Positions 27,346-36,370 of a stretch of DNA of 64,000 bases are shown piece by piece. The DNA lies in assembly GCA_044225365.1 (NCBI GenBank), contig JBGAIQ010000008.1, forward strand, positions 32,001-96,000. Direction: 5' to 3'. The stretch is from Planctomycetota bacterium (GTDB taxonomy: Bacteria; Planctomycetota; B15-G4; JADJEK01). The notes beneath the pieces were generated by a model. That model ran no database searches, was not told the origin of the DNA, and saw nothing but the letters and a program-made list of their open reading frames with translations. Numbering within the stretch: the first letter of the stretch is position 1; each line of letters starts with the position of its first letter. The position numbers and the translations under genes are program-made.

Positions 27346-29051
27346 CCGGTCGCTTCAGCCCTCGTGCTCTCGTCGACGTCTCGGATCTCGTACGAATACC
27401 CCTGCTCCGTCAGGAACAGTTGGCGATGCGTTGCGAACTCCGACTCCTTCGAATCTCTCGTGACTACGCTGTAGAACCACGCCGGCTGCCCATGGGACTT
27501 CGGTCGCAGGATGCGCCCGAGTCGTTGGGCCTCCTCTTGGCGCGAGCCAAAAGTGCCGGAGATCTGTATCGCCACCGATGCATCCGGTAGGTCGATTGCA
27601 AAGTTGCCCACTTTACTGATCAGGAGCACAGGAATCAGCCCCTCTCGAAAACTTCGATAGAGGCGCTCCCGTTCCTTGTTGGGAGTCTTCCCCGTGATCA
27701 GGGGCGCGTCCAAGTGTTTCGAGAACTCTTCGAGCTGGTCGAGGTACTGCCCGATGATCAGGGTTGGCTCGCCCTTGTGGCGCTCGAGGACCTCGTGGAT
27801 CACCGGCTCCTTCGATGGATTCTCCGAGGCCAGTCGGAATTGGCTGCGCGCCGAGCTGCTCTGGTAGTTCGCCTTCATGTCGTCCGGAATCGGAACTCGC
27901 AATTCGATGCAGCAGGCCTGCGCGATCCACCCCTGCCGCTCGAGGACCTTCCAAGGAACATCGAACTTCTTCGGACCGATGAGCGAGAAGACTTCATCCT
28001 CCTTGTGGTCCTCGCGGACCAGGGTCGCGGTGAGACCGAGGCGCCGAGTCGCCTGGATCTCTGCGGTCACACGGAACACGGGAGCGGGCAGCAGGTGCAC
28101 CTCGTCGTAGATGACGAGGCCCCATTTGTTCGCCGAGAACAGGTCGAAGTGGACGAACGGATCCGTCTTCTTCCGGCGATAGGTGAGGATCTGGTAGGTG
28201 GCGATCGTGATCGGCTTCACCTCCTTCGTCTCGCCCGTGTATTCGCCGATGTCGTCCTCCGAGATCTCGGACTTGTCGAGGATCTCGTTCCGCCACTGCC
28301 GCACCGCGACGACATTCGTCGTGAGCACGAGCGTTCGCGCCTGAACCAATTCCATCGCCGTGAGGCCGACGATCGTCTTCCCCGCGCCGCACGGCAGGAC
28401 CACGACTCCCGAACCGCCCCGCTCGGACCCGCCCGCGTAGAACGCCGCCGCGGCGTCGCGCTGATAGGGACGCGGACGAAACGGCGAGCCCGAACGCGTG
28501 ACTTCGCGCAGCACGATCCGATGCTCGGCGCCGGTCGCGTAGCCCGCGAGATCCTCGACGGGATAACCGATGCGAATGAGGGCCTGCTTGATCTCGCCAC
28601 GGAATTCCGGCGCGACACGGAAGCGATCGCCCTCGAGCGCCTCGCCCAGGAACTTCTTCACCGTGGGATTCTTCACGAGCAATCGGACGAGCGCGGGATC
28701 GACGCCGGTGAGCACGATCCCGCTCTCCGTCCGCTCGAGACGCAGCAGGCCGTAGCGCCGCAGGTTGTCCCGGATGTCCTTCTCGACGTTCGCCGGAACC
28801 GGATATCGAGAGTGACTCTTCAGGAATCCGAGGATGTCGGGTGCGCCGAGTCCCGCGGCCGCCGCGTTCCAGATCGAGAGCGGCGTGATGCGATAGGTGT
28901 GGAAGAACTCCGGTGATTTCTCGAGCTCCGCGAAGCGAGCGAGGAAATCGCGCGCTTCGGCAAAACCCGGCGTGTTCACCTCGAGCAGAACGGTCCGATC
29001 GCCTTGCACCGTGAGCGGACGCGGCGAAGTGTCCTGATTCACCACGTTCAT
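27342..29051 (-). CDS. xpb: XPB/Ssl2/ERCC3-like DNA repair helicase
   Basis: PLTVQGDRTVLL, FAELEKSPE..HTYRITPLS.WNA, RPYQ, GVVVLPCGAGKT, DEVH, LGLTAT, QEEAQRLGRILR. Confidence 0.95.
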   Translation of the reverse strand: MNVVNQDTSPRPLTVQGDRTVLLEVNTPGFAEARDFLARFAELEKSPEFFHTYRITPLSIWNAAAAGLGAPDILGFLKSHSRYPVPANVEKDIRDNLRRYGLLRLERTESGIVLTGVDPALVRLLVKNPTVKKFLGEALEGDRFRVAPEFRGEIKQALIRIGYPVEDLAGYATGAEHRIVLREVTRSGSPFRPRPYQRDAAAAFYAGGSERGGSGVVVLPCGAGKTIVGLTAMELVQARTLVLTTNVVAVRQWRNEILDKSEISEDDIGEYTGETKEVKPITIATYQILTYRRKKTDPFVHFDLFSANKWGLVIYDEVHLLPAPVFRVTAEIQATRRLGLTATLVREDHKEDEVFSLIGPKKFDVPWKVLERQGWIAQACCIELRVPIPDDMKANYQSSSARSQFRLASENPSKEPVIHEVLERHKGEPTLIIGQYLDQLEEFSKHLDAPLITGKTPNKERERLYRSFREGLIPVLLISKVGNFAIDLPDASVAIQISGTFGSRQEEAQRLGRILRPKSHGQPAWFYSVVTRDSKESEFATHRQLFLTEQGYSYEIRDVDESTRAEATG

Positions 29052-32000
29052 CCGGCCGCCTCCTGGCTCTTTGCTGCGCGCTTCCTTCCGCTCGAGAACG
29101 CCGCGGCGAGTCGCTCGCCGGTCGCCGACTTCTCGATCCGCGAGACTTCTTCGGGTGTCCCGACGGCGACGACGCGCCCGCCGCGCGGACCGCCCTCGGG
29201 CCCGAGGTCGATCACGTAGTCCGCATCGCGGATGAGCTCGAGATTGTGCTCGATGACGAGCAGCGTGTGGCCGAGCGCGAGCAACTTGTCGAAGACCGCG
29301 ATCAGCTTGGCGACGTCATCGATGTGCAATCCGGTCGTCGGCTCGTCGAGCAGGAACAACGTCGGATCGCGATGCCGCTGACCCAGGACCGATGCGAGCT
29401 TCACGCGCTGCGCTTCGCCGCCCGACAGCGTGTGCAGGGGCTGACCGAGGCGCAGATATCCGAGTCCGACGCCGGAGAGCAATCGCAACACGGATTCGAC
29501 CGCCGGCACACCCGCGAAGTGCGAGAGCGCGGCATCGATCTCCAGCTCGAGCACGTCGGCGACGGAGAGTCCGTTCCAACGCACTTCGAGCGTCGCTCGA
29601 TCGAAGCGTCGGCCCCCGCACGCCTCGCAACGCACGAAGACGTCCGAGAGGAAGTGCATCTCGATCTGCACTTCTCCACGCCCTTCGCAGGCCTCGCATC
29701 GCCCGCCGCGCACGTTCGTCGAGAATCGGGCAGGCGAGAATCCGCGGGCCCTGGCTTCGGGTGTCGCTGCGAACAACTGGCGAATCGAATCGAAGATACC
29801 CGTGTACGTGGCGGGGCTCGCGCCGGGCGACACCGCGAGCGGCGTCTGATCGACGAGTTCGACGGCCTCGATCGTCTTCGGGATCTCCACGCTCGCGCCG
29901 CCGAGTTCGATTTGTCCGCGCAACGCCGGCTCGTCGTCGAGATTCGCCCGCAGCAACGGCTCGATCACGTCGAGGACGAGCGTCGACTTGCCGGAACCGG
30001 AGACGCCGGTGACGCACGTCAATGCACGCGTCGGGATCGACACCTCGACATCCTTCAGGTTGTTCTTCTTCGCACCGCGGACGACGATCCGATCGCGATC
30101 GCTCACCGGCCTTCGCGTCGCGCGAGCGACCTTCTTGTCGCCTCGGAGGTACGCGCCGGTCAACGATGCCGGATCCGCCGCGACGGCGGCGGCATCGCCG
30201 AACGCGACGATCCGACCGCCATGATGTCCCGCCCCCGGGCCGATCTCGATCGTGTGATCCGCCGCCCGGATCACGTCGAGATCGTGCTCGACGACGAGGA
30301 TCGTATTGCCGAGATCGCGCAGTTCGAACAACGTCTTCAAGAGGCGCGCAGTATCGCGCGAATGCAGACCGATCGTCGGTTCGTCGAGCACGTAGAGCAC
30401 GCCGACGAGCCGATTGCCGAGCTGCGTCGCGAGTCGCAGGCGCTGACTCTCGCCGCCCGAGAGCGTTCCGGCCGCGCGTCCGAGATGGAGATAATCGAGC
30501 CCGATCTCCTGCATCACCTTCACGCGATGGCGAATCTCGATCAGCAAGTCCTTGGCGATCGCGGCGGACTCGCCCGCGAGTTCGACCTTCGCGAAGAACT
30601 CGACGGCCTCTGCGATCGAGAGCTTCATGATCTCGGGAAGCGAGCGTCCCATCAGCGTGAATCCGCGAGCGAGCGGATTGAGCCGATCCCCACGACACGC
30701 GGAGCACAGACCGGGCGCGACGATGTCGGCGAGCAGCGACTTCCACATCCCGTCTTCACTGCCCGAGCGGTACTTCTGCTCGAAGAAGCGCAACAGGCCG
30801 CCCCATTCGGCGGTGAAGTCGTATTCCTTGCGGCCGCTGCGCCGGCGCTTCACGTAGTGGACCTGGAGCGGCTCCTTCTCCCCGTAGAAGAGCGCCTGAT
30901 GCATCGCCGCGGGCAGCTTGCGCAATGGCGTCGTCATCGTCACGCCATGGCGCTTGTAGAGCGCGGCGATGATCGGGCGCACCGAGAAGAAGTCGTCCGC
31001 GAGCACGTTTCCGAGCTGCCCATGCAGCGCGCCGTCGAACAGCGAGAATTGAGGGCGCGTCACGAGGAGATCGAGATTGCAGCGTTCGGATTCGCCGAGT
31101 CCGTCGCACTCCGGGCACGAGCCCACGCGCGAGTTGAACGAGAAGAGCCTCGGATGCGGTTCCTCGCGTAGCTCGATCCCGTGCGCCCGACAGAGCGCGA
31201 TGCGAGAGTAGATCGCGCGCTCCCCGTCCTCGGGAACGACGATCGCGATGCCGTCTCCGATCGAATACGCCTGCTCGACCGACTCCGCGATGCGGCCCGC
31301 GGTTCCCTTGCGCACGGCGATGCGATCGATCACGAGGTCGAGCGTGCGGCACTTCCCGAGCACTTCGGGGTCCACGGCTTCGCCGCCGTCCTCGCCGCGT
31401 TGCTCGAGGCGATATTCGACTCCGTCGACGAGGAAGCGGGAGAACCCCCGCTTCACCCACTCCTGCTGTGCCGCCGCATCGAAGCGCACAGGGTCGGCGA
31501 CGAGGTGACTGCGTTGCCCGCTCGCCGCACTGCCATCGCTGCGCTCGAAGAGCGGCGCGGCGAGCCGGATCCGCTTCCCGTCGAACGCGGACGCGATCGC
31601 GCGACCGGCTTCCGACGGAGCATGGCGGACGAGTTCGATGCCGCACGTCGGACAGTGAGGGATCGCGACGCGGGCGAAGAGCACGCGAAGGTAGTCGTAG
31701 AGTTCGGTCGACGTGGCGACCGTCGATCGCGGATTCTTGGCCGCGACCTTGCGATCGATCGCGATCGCGGGCGCGAGGCCTTCGATCCGGTCGACGGGCG
31801 CTCGGTCCTGGCGGGCGAGGAAGCGGCGCGCATAGGTCGACATCGATTCGACGAAGCGACGCTGGGCCTCGGCGAAGATCGTGTCGAAGGCGAGCGACGT
31901 CTTGCCCGAACCGGACGGTCCCGTGACGACGGTCAACTTGCCGAAGGGCACCTCGACGTCGACGCCCTGCAGGTTGTTCTTCCGCGCTCCGAAGAGTCGC

Positions 32001-34915
32001 AGCGGCGCGCCGGCGCCCGCCGCGATCGCGGTCGTCGGACGCCGTCCCGAGAGTTTCGCCGGTTCGAGATACTCCGCGAGCATCCGGCCCGTCCACGAGA
32101 CCTTCTTCACCTTCGGCGCGAGGATCGCCTTGGGTGTGCCCTCGAAGACGATCTTGCCGCCGCCCTTCCCGCCTTCGGGGCCGAGATCGACGATCCAGTC
32201 CGCCACTTTCACGACGTCGAGGTTGTGCTCGACGACGACCACGGTGTTGCCGCGATCGACGAGATCCTGCATGGCGGAGATCAACCGTGCGATGTCGGAG
32301 AAATGCAGCCCGGTCGTCGGCTCGTCGAGCACGTACAGGGTCTTGCCCGTCGCCGGGCGCGCGAGTTCGGTCGCGAGCTTCAGACGTTGCGCCTCGCCGC
32401 CCGACAGCGTCGTCGCGGTCTGCCCCAGTTCCACGTAGCCGAGACCGACCTTCGCCATCGTCTCGAGGAATCGCTTCAGCTTCGGATGGGCGTCGAAGAA
32501 GACGAGCGCTTCGTCGACGGTCATGTCGAGCACGTCCTTGATCGACTTGTCCTGGTAGCGGATCTCGAGCGTCTCGCGGTTGTAGCGGCGTCCTTCGCAC
32601 GCGTCGCAGACCACCTCGACGTCGGCGAGGAGCTGCATCTCGACGACCTTCACGCCCGCGCCCTCGCACTCCTCGCAGCGACCTCCCGGCTTGTTGAACG
32701 AGAAGCGACCCTTCGGGTATCCGCGGGCCTTCGATTCGGGCAGCAATGCGAAGAGATCGCGAATGGGATCGAAGGCGCCGGTGTACGTCGCGGGATTGCT
32801 GCGCGGCGTGCGACCGATCGGCGACTGATCGATCTCGATGACCTTGTCGATGTGCTGCACGCCCTCGATCGAGTCGTATTCTCCCGGCGCGTCGAGCGCG
32901 CCGTGCAGCTCGCGGGCGAGTGCTCGCTTCAACACGAGATCGACGAGCGTCGACTTGCCCGAGCCCGACACGCCCGTCACCGCGACGAGGCAGCCGAGCG
33001 GGAGCTTCAGATCCACGCCCTTCAGGTTGTGCTGCCGCGCTCCGCGCACGGTGAGGAACGGACCCGTCGCCGGCCGCGGCTTGGTGAGGGCGATCGAGAG
33101 TTCGCCGCGCAGGTACTTCGCCGTTTCCGAGACGGGATGCTGCAGGACGTCGGCCGGCAGACCGGCGGCGACGATGTGGCCGCCTTCGCTGCCCGCGCCC
33201 GGACCCACGTCGACGAGATAGTCCGACGCCAGCATCGTGTCGCGGTCGTGCTCGACCACGAGCACCGTGTTGCCGCGGTCGCGCAGATCGAGCAGGGTCT
33301 CGATGAGGCGATGGTTGTCTCTTTGATGCAGACCGATCGACGGCTCGTCGAGCACGTAGAGCACGCCTTGCAGATTGCTGCCGACCTGCGTCGCGAGGCG
33401 CACCCGCTGCGCTTCGCCACCCGAGAGCGTCGAGGCGCCGCGATCGATCGGCAAGTAGCCGAGTCCGACGTCGACGAGGAACTTCAGACGCGAACGCAGT
33501 TCGCGCAGGATCTCATGGCCGATCTGGGCTTCGACTCCCTTCAATTCCGTGGCGAGGAAGAACGCAGCCAGATCGTCGACGGCGAGTCCCGACAGCTCCG
33601 CGATGTTCTTGCCTTGGAAGCGCACGGCGAGCGCTTCCTTGCGCAAGCGCGCTCCGTTGCAGCCCACGCAGACGTTCTGCGTCATGTAGCGTTCGAGGAA
33701 GTCCGGGTTCCCCATCTCCCACCACTTCTGCATGGTCGGGATGATGCCGGGGATCGCCTTGAAGTCCTCGCGCTTCACGCGCGTGCCCGTCTTCTTGTGC
33801 TCGTACTCGAACGCGAGGTGCAACTTCTCGGTCCCCGATCCGAAGAGCATCACGTGCTGCTGCGCCTTCGTCAGGGTCTTCCACGGCTGATCGAGCGTGA
33901 ACCCGTAGTGCTTGCCGACCTGCTCCAGCGAATCGAGACCGAGGTTGCTGAATGGCAGCACGCCGTTGCTGCCGATTTGCCCGATCGCGCCCTCGCGGAT
34001 CGAGAGCTTCGGATCGCGAACGACCAGGGCCGGGTCGAAGCGACGCTCGATTCCGAGCCCTTCGCACTTGGCGCAGGCGCCGTACGGGGAGTTGAACGAG
34101 AAGAGCCGCGGCTCGAGCTCCGGGAGGTTCACGCCGCAGTCGACGCAGGCGAGCGCGGCGGAGAACTCGTGATGCGCTTCGTCGACGAGGATCGCGACGT
34201 GTCCGGATCCGAGCTCGATCGCCTGGCCGATCGCCTCCGAGAGTCGCACGGCGCCGCGTTCCGGGCCGGCCTGCAGTGCGAAGCGATCGACCACCACCTC
34301 GATCGTGTGCTTCTTCATCCGCTCGAGCGTGATCGGTTCGTCGAGACGCTTCATCTCGCCGTCGACGCGGGCGCGGGCGAAGCCCTTCAGTCGCAAGGCC
34401 GCGAGTTCCTTGCGGTATTCGCCCTTGCGCCCGCGAACGACGGGCGCGAGCACGATCACCGTCGACTTCGCCTTCTTCCCCGCGAGTTCGAGCACGCGGT
34501 CGGCGATCTGATCCTTGGTGAAGGCGGACAGCGCCTTCCCGCACTCGGGACAACTCGGAGTGCCGAGGCGCGAGAGAAGGAGGCGGAGATGATCGTAGAT
34601 CTCGGTGATCGTGCCGACGGTGCTGCGCGGATTGCGGTTCGTCGTCTTCTGATCGATCGAGACCGTGGGCGAGAGGCCGTCGACGCGATCGACGTGCGGT
34701 TTGTCGAGGTTGCCGAGGAACTGCCGGGCGTAGGCCGAGAGAGATTCGACGAACCGGCGCTGACCTTCCTGGAAGATCGTGTCGAACGCGAGCGACGACT
34801 TCCCCGAGCCGGAGACTCCGGTGATGGTCGTGAGCGAACCTCGCGGGATCCGAATGTCGAATCCCTTCAGGTTGTGCTCGCGCGCACCCTGGACGACGAT
34901 CTCCTGGAGTGTCAT
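29048..34915 (-). CDS. uvrA: Double-length excinuclease ABC subunit A (two complete UvrA modules)
   Basis: Four Walker A (GVSGSGKS, GVSGSGKST, GPSGSGKT, GVSGSGKST), four LSGGE signatures, four LDEP Walker B motifs, repeated zinc fingers and LFSFNS motifs; 1955 aa. Confidence 0.96.
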   Translation of the reverse strand: MTLQEIVVQGAREHNLKGFDIRIPRGSLTTITGVSGSGKSSLAFDTIFQEGQRRFVESLSAYARQFLGNLDKPHVDRVDGLSPTVSIDQKTTNRNPRSTVGTITEIYDHLRLLLSRLGTPSCPECGKALSAFTKDQIADRVLELAGKKAKSTVIVLAPVVRGRKGEYRKELAALRLKGFARARVDGEMKRLDEPITLERMKKHTIEVVVDRFALQAGPERGAVRLSEAIGQAIELGSGHVAILVDEAHHEFSAALACVDCGVNLPELEPRLFSFNSPYGACAKCEGLGIERRFDPALVVRDPKLSIREGAIGQIGSNGVLPFSNLGLDSLEQVGKHYGFTLDQPWKTLTKAQQHVMLFGSGTEKLHLAFEYEHKKTGTRVKREDFKAIPGIIPTMQKWWEMGNPDFLERYMTQNVCVGCNGARLRKEALAVRFQGKNIAELSGLAVDDLAAFFLATELKGVEAQIGHEILRELRSRLKFLVDVGLGYLPIDRGASTLSGGEAQRVRLATQVGSNLQGVLYVLDEPSIGLHQRDNHRLIETLLDLRDRGNTVLVVEHDRDTMLASDYLVDVGPGAGSEGGHIVAAGLPADVLQHPVSETAKYLRGELSIALTKPRPATGPFLTVRGARQHNLKGVDLKLPLGCLVAVTGVSGSGKSTLVDLVLKRALARELHGALDAPGEYDSIEGVQHIDKVIEIDQSPIGRTPRSNPATYTGAFDPIRDLFALLPESKARGYPKGRFSFNKPGGRCEECEGAGVKVVEMQLLADVEVVCDACEGRRYNRETLEIRYQDKSIKDVLDMTVDEALVFFDAHPKLKRFLETMAKVGLGYVELGQTATTLSGGEAQRLKLATELARPATGKTLYVLDEPTTGLHFSDIARLISAMQDLVDRGNTVVVVEHNLDVVKVADWIVDLGPEGGKGGGKIVFEGTPKAILAPKVKKVSWTGRMLAEYLEPAKLSGRRPTTAIAAGAGAPLRLFGARKNNLQGVDVEVPFGKLTVVTGPSGSGKTSLAFDTIFAEAQRRFVESMSTYARRFLARQDRAPVDRIEGLAPAIAIDRKVAAKNPRSTVATSTELYDYLRVLFARVAIPHCPTCGIELVRHAPSEAGRAIASAFDGKRIRLAAPLFERSDGSAASGQRSHLVADPVRFDAAAQQEWVKRGFSRFLVDGVEYRLEQRGEDGGEAVDPEVLGKCRTLDLVIDRIAVRKGTAGRIAESVEQAYSIGDGIAIVVPEDGERAIYSRIALCRAHGIELREEPHPRLFSFNSRVGSCPECDGLGESERCNLDLLVTRPQFSLFDGALHGQLGNVLADDFFSVRPIIAALYKRHGVTMTTPLRKLPAAMHQALFYGEKEPLQVHYVKRRRSGRKEYDFTAEWGGLLRFFEQKYRSGSEDGMWKSLLADIVAPGLCSACRGDRLNPLARGFTLMGRSLPEIMKLSIAEAVEFFAKVELAGESAAIAKDLLIEIRHRVKVMQEIGLDYLHLGRAAGTLSGGESQRLRLATQLGNRLVGVLYVLDEPTIGLHSRDTARLLKTLFELRDLGNTILVVEHDLDVIRAADHTIEIGPGAGHHGGRIVAFGDAAAVAADPASLTGAYLRGDKKVARATRRPVSDRDRIVVRGAKKNNLKDVEVSIPTRALTCVTGVSGSGKSTLVLDVIEPLLRANLDDEPALRGQIELGGASVEIPKTIEAVELVDQTPLAVSPGASPATYTGIFDSIRQLFAATPEARARGFSPARFSTNVRGGRCEACEGRGEVQIEMHFLSDVFVRCEACGGRRFDRATLEVRWNGLSVADVLELEIDAALSHFAGVPAVESVLRLLSGVGLGYLRLGQPLHTLSGGEAQRVKLASVLGQRHRDPTLFLLDEPTTGLHIDDVAKLIAVFDKLLALGHTLLVIEHNLELIRDADYVIDLGPEGGPRGGRVVAVGTPEEVSRIEKSATGERLAAAFSSGRKRAAKSQEAAG

Positions 34916-34950
34916 CGCTCTTGCTTTTCGGGTTGGTCGGGAAGCCGTCG

Positions 34951-34980
34951 AGTCTAAACCGCACTCGCGCGACCGAACAA
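34951..34980 (-). promoter_or_regulatory. Possible sigma70-type promoter of uvrA
   Basis: Minus strand TTGTTC-N18-TAGACT, about 36 nt upstream of the ATG. Confidence 0.35.
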
Positions 34981-35102
34981 TCGGGCAATTGGGAAATTCA
35001 GCCTTCGCTCGTCGTCGCCGATCGCGCGACCCTCGAGTCTCGAGGACTCGTTATCTTGTTGGTCGTCGAACGACCCCTTTCACGAAGACACCCGGAGCTC
35101 CG

Positions 35103-36122
35103 ATGCGGCTGCTCGCCCTCGCACTGTTCGCCACGACAGCGTTCGTCCTCGTCCCGACCGGAGTCTTCGAAGCCGCCGGTGGGAGCGCGAAGTCGACGAC
35201 CGATGCGCTCGCCACGAGCGTGCGTGCCTGGCTCGACTCGCTCGAGACCAAATCGCGCGAGCGCGCGAAGTTCGCGTTCGAGGACGAGGAGCGCAAGAAC
35301 TGGCACTACATCCCGCGCGAGCGCCGCGGTCTGCCGTTGAAGGCGATGAACCCACAGGAACGCGCGGCGACCGACGTCCTGCTCCACGCGGTGTTGCCGC
35401 CGCGCGGATTCGACGCCGTGAAGCGGATCATGGCCCTCGAGGACGTCCTCCACGACATCGAGAAGAGCGACGTGCGAGATCGCGAGAAGTACTTCGTCTC
35501 GGTGTTCGGCGAGCCCGACGACAAGAAACCGTTCGGCGTGCGGTACGAAGGACATCACGTCGCGATCGATCTCACGGCAGTCGGCGGCAAGCGCACGTTC
35601 ACGCCGTTCTTCCTCGGCACCAATCCCGCCGAAGTCCGATCCGGACCGAAGAAGGGCGAGCGCGTCCTCGGCGAGATCAGCGATCGTGGTTACCAGATCC
35701 TGAAGTCGCTGAACGCCGACCAATTGAAGGCCGCTCGGATCTCCGACACGGTGCCCCCGGACGTGAAATTCGCTCCGGGCACGGCCGTGGAGACCTCGCC
35801 GCGACCCGGCCTCGGCCTCGATCTCCTCAATCCGGGTCAGTTCATCCTTGTCAACGTATTGCTCCAAACCATCGGCGAGCTCGCGATCGTGGACGACCGG
35901 GCGCCGCGATTCGATCCTCATTTCGACAAGAGCTCGCTCGCGTTCGCGGGAACCCTCGAGCCAGGCACTCCGCTCTACTTCCGTTTCACCCTCGACGACG
36001 ACATCGTGCTCGAATACGTGAACATCCAGAACGATGCGAACCACGTGCATTTCCTGGTGCGTTCGAAGAGCAGCGATTTCGGGGCGAATCTCCTCACCGA
36101 GCACCTGAAGAGCGAACACTGA
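35103..36122 (+). CDS. DUF3500 domain protein, secreted
   Basis: ERKNWHYIP..R.GL, YFVSVFGEP, EGHHV, TPFFLGTNP, EY.N..NDANHVH..R...DFG. Confidence 0.88.
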   Translation: MRLLALALFATTAFVLVPTGVFEAAGGSAKSTTDALATSVRAWLDSLETKSRERAKFAFEDEERKNWHYIPRERRGLPLKAMNPQERAATDVLLHAVLPPRGFDAVKRIMALEDVLHDIEKSDVRDREKYFVSVFGEPDDKKPFGVRYEGHHVAIDLTAVGGKRTFTPFFLGTNPAEVRSGPKKGERVLGEISDRGYQILKSLNADQLKAARISDTVPPDVKFAPGTAVETSPRPGLGLDLLNPGQFILVNVLLQTIGELAIVDDRAPRFDPHFDKSSLAFAGTLEPGTPLYFRFTLDDDIVLEYVNIQNDANHVHFLVRSKSSDFGANLLTEHLKSEH

Positions 36123-36269
36123 TCCGCGAATCGATTCGCATCGTCACCAACCGCGCCCCATTGCCTTTCGTAGTTCCTTCCGTAATCGAAGTTGTTCCGT
36201 CCTGCCTTGCGCGTTGGTGTTACCCTGAAAGCGCTGCTGCTCTCGCTCGCGCCCCCCCTGCCCAACCCG

Positions 36270-36295
36270 GGAACCGCGCAATGCGTGAGCACGTA
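36270..36295 (+). promoter_or_regulatory. Possible ECF-type promoter
   Basis: GGAACC-N16-CGTA upstream of the Kelch gene. Confidence 0.4.
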
Positions 36296-36370
36296 CCCCA
36301 AGTGCGTCGCCTCGAGCCCAGCCCCCACTCTCGAACGCGATGCCTCCGACCAGGAAGAGAATCTCGAATC

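Noticed and set aside
25162-34915. Anti-phage defence island interpretation of the helicase/ATPase cluster
   Set aside because: The proteins are canonical UvrA and XPB, flanked by housekeeping genes (thiL, tsaE), with no nuclease, methylase or mobility genes.
31181-34957. Very long antisense/alternate-frame ORFs (e.g. 31181-34957 +, 7739-10816 +, 3384-5597 -, 20300-22309 +)
   Set aside because: Shadow ORFs of real genes in high-GC DNA: Arg/Asp/Val-biased, no motifs, and fully overlapping well-supported CDSs.
34966-34980. LexA/SOS box upstream of uvrA
   Set aside because: Only a TGTTC half-site. No palindromic partner matching TGTTC-N4-GAACA, GAAC-N4-GTTC or CTGT-N8-ACAG.
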